DNA of 64,000 nt from Octopus vulgaris (lineage: Eukaryota): assembly GCA_951406725.2 (NCBI GenBank), contig OX597826.1, positions 48,484,001 through 48,548,000 on the forward strand. The letters run 5' to 3'. A program made the translations under genes and the position numbers. Shown in pieces: positions 54,579 through 64,000 of the stretch; the stretch's first letter is position 1, and every line of letters starts with the position of its first letter. A model generated the notes under the pieces. The model had not been told where the DNA came from and made no database searches. It worked only from the letters and a program-made list of their open reading frames with translations.

Positions 54579-55157
54579 TATACAAATAATCAGAAAATGG
54601 AAAAAACCTCAGATTAACAAATACATCGATTGGACCACATTTATAGCTTATTTTTTAATACAAAGCATGACATAACAAATAGGTGATGTAACAAATCTTA
54701 CGCCCATTTCCACATCCATTGCCAAATGCTGTCTATATGTAACTGCAAAAATAAAATTCTTCATCTTCATAGGACATTCGAATTAAGGCACAGAGCTTCA
54801 TCAGAGTAAAAAACAAGAACATCCAATATAAACAAAGCGAAGAAGGAAAGAAAAGAAAACATGGTCTAGAAAAGAAGTCAAGAAGCCATGTTTTCTTTCC
54901 TATTCCTTCTTCCCTCTGTTAATATTGGATACTCATGCTTTTTACTCTGATGAAGTTCCATGCCTTAATTCCTATGAAAATGAAGAATATTATTCTCACA
55001 ATAGAGAGTGTTTGGTAATGGATGCAGAAACGGACGTAAGCTTTGTTACGTCACCTATTTATAATGTCATGTTTGTATTTATAAACAAGCTATAAATGTG
55101 GTCCAATCAATGTGTTTGTTAATCTGAGATTTTCTCCATTTTCTGATTATTTGTATA
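54579..55157. mobile_element. ~580-bp fold-back of inverted PLE-type repeats with hammerhead-like core
   Basis: Arms tacaaataatcagaaaatgg.../...ccattttctgattatttgta; CTGATGA at 54947 and GAAAcggacgTA at 55027. Confidence 0.8.
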
Positions 55158-55317
55158 TGTTTTCTGATAAACTCTTATTTATCCTGTTGTTACCTGCACT
55201 CTACGAGCATAGTGTACCTGCACACCAATGCCCAGGGATAGCACAGGTAACAGATACTGATAGTACATATGGATATTTTATCCCTTAGTCGATTATTACA
55301 ACCGCTAACTCTGTTTA

Positions 55318-55364
<47 letters not shown>

Positions 55365-55365
55365 C

Positions 55366-55414
<49 letters not shown>

Positions 55415-56447
55415 CTCATGTGTATACAATTGTATATATGCATATATATGTATACAAACATATAAACATATAGATATGTGTGTGTGTGTGTGTCAGAAAG
55501 AGAGGGAGAGCATGTGTAAGAGAGAGAGCATGTGTGTGTGTGCACATTTCTATAAATGTTCACTAAAGAAACGGGTGCATTTTAGTACACATAAACAAAA
55601 AGAAGAATGATATATATATATTTTTAATTGAAGATAGTTCTTTGACACTAAAAATATCCATATAGTTTCAAACAACAATGTATTTATATGAAATGAGCTT
55701 TCCCATATGCTAAACATTTTTTTCTCTTTTGTTTTTTTGCATTTAATAGCTTTAGAACAGCAACAACAATTAAGAATATAATGCATTTTATTAATTAAGA
55801 CAAAGATATAGCCACAAAAAAAAAACAAGGAAATGAAATTTTAGCATATAAACCATATATAACACTCAATGACCATAAAGTTAATTTATAAATCTATTAA
55901 CTAGAATTATCAATCCTACTAACAAACAATTAGATATTGTTAATAAAGAGATCTTACACACAAAAAAAATCCCTTCAAATTAAAATAGTTCCCTATTCTA
56001 CCCTTATAGAACAATAACATTTCCATAATAAATTGGTTTAACAGCATTAACAATTAACACCAACACAAATTCACTCAGTTCAATATTATTGATTTCTCCC
56101 TGCTTCATTACCAAAACATTTACTCCAAAAAGCATTAATATTCGCTGGTAATTACATATCCATTAGTGAACCTGAATCTAATAATTATCATGCATATCAG
56201 TTAGCAAGGATCTTTTAATAACATCTTATGGGTAAAGCAAAGTGGTGACCCTTGTTTTGGTATAAGTATGGGAGCCAAAGTATTCAGCCGTAATTTGTGA
56301 ATTAACTGGTCTTTATATTCTTTCTGATTTCTGATTTAGAATGGGTGTTTAGTAATTCATGCAAAGCTAATTCTACAGAGCCACGACTATTAGTCATATT
56401 ACTATTAAATTTTCAGACCTTTTGTAACATACAAATGGTATTTTAGA

Positions 56448-57616
56448 TGAGGTGGTATCAAAAAGTTCCTGAACTAAATCTGCAACATGCCAACAGATGG
56501 CAGCATACAGTTGCATGCACCTGAGAGCTAGCTTCATGTAGCAGTGTGACATTGTTGTGCTTACTTTGCAAGCTGTGAAATTTGTGTACTTGTGCAGTAG
56601 TCTATGATTTTGTCATGGACAGAAACAAAGAGCCAACATGAAGTTTTGAATTAAACCTTGGAAAGTCTGCTACAAAGGCACTAAGTATGCTTTGGCAAGC
56701 TTGCAGCAATGAGGCAATGGGTCATACACAATGTTTCAAGTGGCGTGGGCATTTCAAAAGCAGAAGAACATCCTTGGAAGACGATGAGTGTTCTGGAAGA
56801 CCTGCTATGAATGTGACCCACTGAAATGTGGTATTGTGCATCAAGAATTCACCCCTGCAGGGCCAGACCATCAATCAAGAGTTCTACTGCAATATTTTGA
56901 AGTGTTTGAGGAAGGGCATTCAGCAGAAGTGGAATGCAAAGAACTGGATTCTTCACTGAGCCTTCCTCACTTGTGAACTTCTCACCAAGAGCAACATGTT
57001 ATTGCTTCTACACCTACCTTATTTGCCAGATTTAGCATCTGAAGACGGCCATCTCTACCCCAAGAGGAAAAGTAGCTGATATAACATTTGTACATCCATT
57101 GTTTTAGTTTGCTAAAACCTGTGCTTCATAAACAAAGGAAGATATATCACGCACCTGTTCTAGAGAGGACATTTAGATATGTCTCTACATGTGCATCCAG
57201 GGCAGGCTTGAGTCATTTGTTGCTTATTGAAATGTGACTTAACATTAGGAAAACAAGAAACAGTAACTTCTATCTATCAAGTGTCTGTTAAAGATTTTAT
57301 TGTATCTATGTGTTCTAGGGAAGTGGATATCTACTCAGTGCAAGAACTTTCTATCTACATTTGTCCTACCTAACATTATGAGAGAAGGTTGGGGGCAAAC
57401 CATAAAACTGTTTTAACACCATTGTCAAAGATCCAGAGAGAATCACAGAAAGTCTTTGACTTGCTTACAGAAAACATCTTTCAGGCCAGATTCCCAAAGT
57501 AGCAGGGACATTGGGGACAGCACAAGGTGACTATTTTGAAGGAGATAATGTTAAATCTTATGTAAATAATTTTTTATTAAACTTAACAAGTCCATAAACC
57601 TTTTGATACCACCTCA
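56448..57616 (+). mobile_element. Internally deleted mariner carrying a 334-bp insert
   Basis: TIRs tgaggtggtatcaaaa / ttttgataccacctca-TA; relics GKSAT..QCFKW..FKS..SLEDD.CSGRP, GIVHQEF, PYLPDLA. Confidence 0.85.
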
Positions 57617-58302
57617 TATACATCTAAACGCATATCTTAAATATAAAAGATAATCACAATTTTCTAGTGAAAGCTTATCCAACATGTGCATGGGAAGAAA
57701 ACAGATGTCAAAATGGGTATGGTGATGTTGATGACAATAATGATGATGATGATGAGGAGGAGGAGGAGGAGGAGTAAGATTATGGTGCTCCACTACTTTA
57801 CATCTCTCACTCTCCCTATGCACTATGCCCCTCTCTCTCTTTTTCTCCTCCACATAAACTCTAGCAACTTATCTATTGACATTATTTCTCTCTCGCTCCC
57901 TATCATCTTTCTCCTGTCTATCGCATTTTCTGCCATTCTTCACCCTCTTCCATTATTCGTCACCCCTATCCCTTATTCACAGTTCTCTACACCACTCCCT
58001 CAGCACTCGTTCTTCATTCACTATGAACCATTCCCCACCTCTATGACCCTCTCCCATACACCCACGCAACCTCTAACCACCCACACTTCCAGTTCTTGTC
58101 CCCACTCTCTTATTCTCACCTGATACCTCAAAGATCCACCCTAAAACTTCATCATAACTATTTTTAATCTCCTTCCATTTCTATTCTGATCACCCTCACC
58201 CTCTCTTCTAAAGTCTGTGCAACCATGTAGTTCCTCCATGGTACAAAGGAAACCATGCATTTCCTCTATGGAACCTGTTGTACCCTCGCCCCTTCTCTTG
58301 TA

Positions 58303-58496
58303 CTTAACCATTTAGCATTTAAACTGACCATATCTGGCCCAAAAATGCTTGTTTTATGTTCAAACTAGCCAGGTCTGACCTCTTACATCTACCCTACAAT
58401 GTCATTTTTAAAGTAAAGAATCCCATCATTGAAATCTCAAAACTACAAGACAATGCATGAATAATTCACAATAGTGTAATGATATAAGCATTACAA
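58303..58496. mobile_element. Possible piggyBac-type MITE fragment
   Basis: Starts TTAA-ccatttagcatt; other end not seen. Confidence 0.35.
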
Positions 58497-58704
58497 TTAC
58501 TCTTTTACTTGTTTCAGTCATTTGACTGCAGCCATGCTGGAGCACTGCCTTTAGTTGAGCAAATTGACCCCAGGACTTATTCTTTGTAAGCCTACTACTT
58601 ATTCTATCGGTCTCTTTTGCCGAACCGCTAAGTTTGCTCGACTAAAGGCGGTGCTCCAGCATGGCCACAGTCAAATGACTGAAACAAGTAAAAGAGTAAA
58701 AGAG
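58497..58704. mobile_element. Two inverted SINE A 3' ends fused into a palindrome
   Basis: - strand tail 58497-58632 joined directly to + strand tail 58633-58704. Confidence 0.85.
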
Positions 58705-58814
58705 ATATATAAGTATATATATATATATATGTGTATGTGTGTGTGTATGTATGTATGTGTTTGTCTCTATATATATATATATACACACACAAACACATAT
58801 ACACATATATATAT

Positions 58815-59116
58815 GTCACCGTGACCGACCAGACCATCAGATGTTGCTACACATCGCTGGTCACTATGTGCTTCGCATTGTTTTAGCCTTTCAAATGACG
58901 CCACCCCGCTGGCTAAGCGAGCAGGCCAACAGAAGAAAGAGTGAGAGAAAGTTGTGGCGGAAGAGTACAGCAGGGATCGCCACCACCCCCTGCCGGAGCC
59001 TCGTAGAGCTTTAGGTGTTTTCGCTCAATAAACACTCACAACGCCCAGTGAAATCGAAACCGCGATCCTACAACCGCGAGTCCGCTGCCCTAACCACTGG
59101 GCCATTGCGCCTCCAC
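58815..59116 (-). mobile_element. SINE family D, tRNA-Arg-like head (resembles octopus OR-type SINEs)
   Basis: tggcccagtggttagggcagcggactcgcgg...ggtttcgattt; TCG at the anticodon position. Confidence 0.75.
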
Positions 59117-59129
59117 ATATATATATATA

Positions 59130-60040
59130 TTATCTTAGATTAAAAACCACAGATCTTGCAAATAGCTACCATAGCTTTCCTGGTCGAAATAATAATTTAT
59201 TCAGCCATTTATCAAGATGAAAGCAAGACCATTTGTTAGTTGCTTTTTGAATAGACAATGTATAAACAAGAGATGCTTGTAAAGAAAAAGACAAAAAGGG
59301 AAAACATAACATTACAATAATTCGATGGCAAGCAGACATAAACCAGATATAAATGGTTTACTAAGTGTCTGGTGATCTACTTTTAAATTCCAACAAGATT
59401 CTTTTTTTTTTTAAATCTGGGCATCTTATTCCTTGAATTTATGTACTCATTGGAGGTTCTCAAATGTTTTAATGGATTCAGTTTTTACAATAAACACACT
59501 GAACATTTTCTAGACCCATTAATATAGGATCTGGATTTAGAAAGGATTTTCCATCTGATATTGAAATTAGTCCCTTTCTATTTAGGTTTCCATATTAAAG
59601 CCACAAGGGTTGTTGAATGCCTCTTATTATGGTACCTAAAATTTGAAAGATGGTTGATATAACTAGATTTAAATGTTCCTTCCATGACTCTGATATAACA
59701 TTTGTACATCCATTGTTGTAGTTTGCTAAAACCTGTGCTTTATAAACAAAGGAAGATATATCGTACACCTGCTCTTGAGAGGACATTTAGATTTGTCTCT
59801 ACATGCGCATCCAGGGCAGGCTTGAGTCATTTGTTGCTTATTGATATGTGACTTAACATTAGGAAAACAAGTAACAGTAACTTCCATCTATCAAGTGTCT
59901 GTTAAAGATTTTATTGTATCTATGGGTTGTAGGGAAGTGGATATCTACTCAGTGCAAGAACTTTCTATCTACATTTGTCCTAACATTATGAGAGAAGGTT
60001 GGGGGCAAACCATAAAACTTTCCAAGACCTTTTCTCAGCA
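59130..60040 (-). mobile_element. Penelope-like element 3' portion with decayed GIY-YIG endonuclease
   Basis: KCPLKSRC..FVYKAQV..CYIRVMEGTFKSSYINHLSNF..HSTTL..IWK..IRWKILSKSRSY..KCSVCL..INSRN; ends at (TA)n. Confidence 0.8.
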
Positions 60041-60112
60041 CTAGATTAACCATTAAATGACAATGATGATGACATAGATAGATAGATAAATATACATACT
60101 CACACAGATATA

Positions 60113-60660
60113 TCATCATCAACATCATCAATATCATCATCATCATCATCATCGTTTAACGTCCGTTTTCCATGCTAGCATGGGTTAGACGGTTTGACTG
60201 GGGTCTGGGAAGCCAGGAGGCTGTACCAGGCTCCAGTCTGATCTGGCAGTGTTTCTACAGCTGGGTGCCCTTCCTAATGCCAGCCACTTTGAGAGTGTAG
60301 TGGGTGCTTTTTACGTACCACCAGCACAGGGGCCAGAGGAGGCTGGCATCGGCCATAATCGGTTGGTGCATTTTATGTGCCACCAACACAGAAGCCAGTC
60401 AAAGTGGCGCTGGCATCGGCCACGTTTGGATAGTGCTTTTTACATGCCACCAGCACGGGTATCACAACTACAATTTCCATTTGATTTTCATTTTGATGTA
60501 GATACACTTGACTCAATAGGTCTCCTCAAGCACAGCAGGTCACCCTACGATCCAAGGTACTTTTGAATGGGCTGGGGCTGGCCATGTGAAACTGGTGTAG
60601 GATACAGCCGTGAACTCACTTTAGTTGCTGGGTCTTCGCAGTCACAGCATATCTCCAGAG
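60113..60660 (-). mobile_element. RTE-clade LINE 3' end
   Basis: LWRYAVTAKT C-terminus, repeat-array UTR, (GAT)n tail. Confidence 0.8.
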
Positions 60661-60729
60661 ATATATATGTGCATGTGTGTGTGTGAAGAAGATTGAAAAG
60701 GAACACATGAGTTGATATGTATCAGGTAG

Positions 60730-61982
60730 ATAGGACAAGGTAGAAAATGCTAAAATAATTTTATCATGAAGACCATCTTAGTACTGGTTTCAGTCTTTGC
60801 GACTTTTTCAACTTAGGGTAAAGCATGAAAAACAATTAAATTGCGGAAAAATTAAATAAAATGCTTTTTTTAAAATTTTTCCATAGTTTTCAAATACAAG
60901 GGACATTTTCCTTTTTTCTGCCTCTCTGTCTCTGTCTGTCTCTCCCTATCTCTGTCTCTCTCTCTCTTTTACTCTTGTGAAGGCTTGGTAGTAGGTAGTA
61001 AGTAGCAGTCCTAAAAGAATATTTGATATGGGGGATGTGAGGGACACATCAACCTAATTGAGGTATCGGAGTCCTTCTTCAAACAGGGTCAATGTCTTAC
61101 AGTGAAAAACAACTCCACATGTGCTTCAGAAAACCCAATATATGCATTAACTTGCTCAGGGTGTCGAGAGCAATACATAGGCCAAACCAAAAACAGTCTA
61201 CATCAAAGGATGATTCTACATAGATCCCAGATCAAAATTTGGGAATACAGAAAATAGCATTCAGCGAATACATCAACATTTGCGCCACTAAGGAGCAACC
61301 CAACTTTAGAATTTTTTCCTTCTATAAATTCAGGGACGATGCAACCTATAATCAGCACATTAGCAAAGAGTTCTATTTTATCACAAAATCTAAACCCCTT
61401 TTGAATGCATCCACCACAAATAACAATATTACAAGGGCCTTAGAATAATACCCACACAAATATTAAAAATGATATATTCAGAACAGTCACTACCCATGAA
61501 TTTATTCAGAACAATTCCAATCACTACTATTACAACCACAACAGGTCACTTTTAGGTCACTTGACCCTTCAAGAGGAATCCACCAACATCCTACTACTGT
61601 CATACCACTCCTTATTCTTTCTTTTCATTTCCTACTCCCTCTTCTTCTTCTTCACCACCTCCTTCCTTGACTACTGCTTAAACAATCAAAACCAAGAACT
61701 CACGTCGCTCATATCTAATATTCTTTTAGGACTGCTACTACCAACTACTTACTATCAAGCCTTCACAAGAGTAAAAGGGAGACAGACAGACAAACAAAAA
61801 AAGAAAAATGGTGATGTCCCTTGTATTTGAAATCTATGGTAATACTTTTTTAAATATTTCATTTAATTTTTCCACAATTTAATTGTTTTTCAAGTTCAAA
61901 AAGTTGCAAAGACTGAAACTGGTACTAAAATGTTCTTCATGATAAAATTATTTTAGCATTTTCTACCTTGTCTTATTTTCCT
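60730..61982 (+). mobile_element. 5'-truncated Penelope-like element with inverted ~290-bp pseudo-LTR
   Basis: 60730-61030 is the reverse complement of ~61710-61976; internal GIY-YIG relic; 3' end at (TA)n. Confidence 0.9.
61051..61410 (+). pseudogene. PLE GIY-YIG endonuclease relic
   Basis: TCASENPIYALTCSGCREQYIGQTKNSLHQRMILHRSQI, frameshift at ~61255, then ..KEFYFITKSKPLLN. Confidence 0.88.
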
Positions 61983-62789
61983 TATATATATAAAATGATA
62001 GGTTTCTTTCAGTTTCCATCCAGCAAAACCACTCATAAGGTTTTGGCTTGTCTAATGCTATAGTAGAAGACACTTGCCCAAGGTTCCACACAGGACTGAA
62101 CCCCAAATCATGTGTTTGAGAAGCAACTTCTTACCATACAGTCATGCCTGCTCCTACACACACACACACACACATACACACACACACATATATATATATT
62201 CCATCTGCTATACATGCATAAAGCCAGTTTTGTAAGATATAGTTTATTTTAGCATAGTCTAATTCGTTTTACTACAGTTAATTTCTTTGGAAATTTCATT
62301 AAAATTAAAATGATATACGACTGATGAAAAATCAAATGCTTTAATACAGTGTTGAATATTTTCTAATTAGTGTTATATGCATACTTAATTACACAATTTT
62401 TTTATTTCAATAACCAACACTGTTCAGTTAATATGTAAAGATATTGCTTGCAGTACATGGGCAGATCAAAGAAAATTCATGTGTTCATATATGTTGAAAT
62501 TCATGTAACAAGGGAGATAGATGACAAGAAAATATATTTTAATATCAATTGATATTAATAATTGACTTTGCCTTTCGTCCTCCAGTGTTAGCCGGGCAAA
62601 GGGATGGGGTGGGTGATAAATAAGTGCCAATTGATTCCTGTAGGTTGATTTGATTGACTATATAACTTTGTCTTAAATTTGAGGGTTTATGCTCAATTTC
62701 TGCTGTATTAGGGTTAACATATTGCCAGCCACTAAGTGACATGTTCAACTGGTCATGGTCAAACACCAGTCAAGCAAATCTGTGGTACA

Positions 62790-62993
62790 TTGGTGTGTAT
62801 GTGATTTTTTTTCTCCATCTTCCTTTTCTATTGGACTTTCCTCTGTTTCCGAAGAAGAGCTTTGCTTGAAACATAAAACCACCTTTCTTTCCTTCCTGAG
62901 CATCTTTTAATACTTTACTTGTACTACATCCTCACATTGTTGCTTTTTTTTTGTGTTTTTTTGCGTTTGTTCTTCGTTTTTCTGAATTTACTA
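62790..62993 (+). mobile_element. PLE-type 3' terminal fragment with variant hammerhead
   Basis: gttt-CCGAAGA-a-gagc(ttt)gctt-GAAA-ca-TA-aaac at 62845-62879; ends at (TA)n. Confidence 0.6.
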
Positions 62994-63159
62994 TATATAT
63001 AATACAAAATGGGACAAGAACACAAAACATCTGGACAACTAGGTGATACAAAAAGGGACAACAAAACATCCAGATAGACGATACAAAAAAAACAAGGACG
63101 GGCCATTTGAAGCTTTCTAATCTCAGTCAAGAACCAGATCATCATGTTTATATATATAT

Positions 63160-63198
<39 letters not shown>

Positions 63199-63200
<2 letters not shown>

Positions 63201-64000
63201 ACATTATATATAAGGGCTTAGTAAAATAAATTACTTTGCCACATACTGAACTCATTAGAAATAGCAGCTAAAGAAATTTCTTCAGCTATTTCTAATGAGT
63301 TCAGTATGTGGCAAAGTAATTTATTTTACTAAGCCCTTATATATAATGTAATATTTTGAATTCGCCTAAAATGGTCCCTTTACATACTGAATACTTGGTG
63401 AAATTGATTAATAATTAATTAATTTTACCCTCAATTGTTGAAATTATAATTCATTTCTCTCTGTTTAATGCTTCGGTTTTCACCGATAAAACATAGTGTT
63501 TGTCAATTTTAACCCACGCTGGTGGAAAGGGGAGAGCAGAAATTCTTCGCTTGCATATTTTGAATTTGATAGCACTTTTGGTTCGAGCGGAATTCTAGAG
63601 GTGATAAGAAGCCAAAAGGGTATGCTCCCACTTTCAGTGTTCCCAAATCCGAATCAAGGAGTTCTGAGCTGACGAAAGAAATGTCGATTTGACTAATCTA
63701 GAAACGTACGTTCTCAAATAACCTTTGCACTTGATTTTTTAATGTTTTTTTCCCCCATACCTTTGTGAGTTGGTTTGAGCAAACACTATCTGAGAGAGAT
63801 CTTCTTTAAGTATTAGAAATAGCTAAAGAAATTTCTTTAGCTGCTATTTCTAATGAGTTCAGTATGTGGCAAAGTAATTTATTTTACTAAGCCCTTATAT
63901 ATAATGTAATATTTTGAATTCGCCTAAAATGGTCCCTTTACATACTGAATACTTGGTGAAATTGATTAATAATTAATTAATTTTACCCTCAATTGTTTAA
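63199..64000 (+). mobile_element. ORF-less PLE/retrozyme-like element: inverted 5' piece plus 558-bp direct repeat (runs off window)
   Basis: 63199-63351 hairpin; 63285-63439 repeated at 63843-63997. Confidence 0.8.
63665..63716 (+). ncRNA. Type I hammerhead ribozyme motif
   Basis: tgag-CTGACGA-aagaaatgtc(gattt)gactaatcta-GAAA-cgtacg-TT-ctca; palindromic ACGTACGT. Confidence 0.75.

Noticed and set aside
59040-59116. Possible tRNA-Arg gene
   Set aside because: Acceptor and T stems are broken and it continues into a SINE body.

Overview
AT-rich, repeat-saturated eukaryotic DNA with no recognisable host gene, rRNA, tRNA or CRISPR array. The tRNA-derived SINE families and extreme (TA)n/(CA)n/(TAA)n/(CAT)n density point to an octopus genome (inference, not searched). 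Contents: four SINE families (~40 copies or fragments), four decayed Tc1/mariner relics, a pogo/Tc2-type MITE, a non-autonomous Helitron, RTE and R4/Dong LINE remnants, and many Penelope-like element (PLE) remnants, two with clear GIY-YIG coding relics. The strongest signal is about ten minimal type I hammerhead ribozyme (HHR) motifs from several unrelated short non-coding families. Most of these elements end at (TA)n microsatellites and several form long fold-back palindromes. One is a near-identical 558-bp ORF-less tandem unit (retrozyme-like) whose inversion junction lies on its own internal hairpin. Three local templated insertions were copied from donors 1.4-2.6 kb away. Most ORF-track entries are microsatellite artefacts. 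Coordinates were read by eye and may be off by a few bases.
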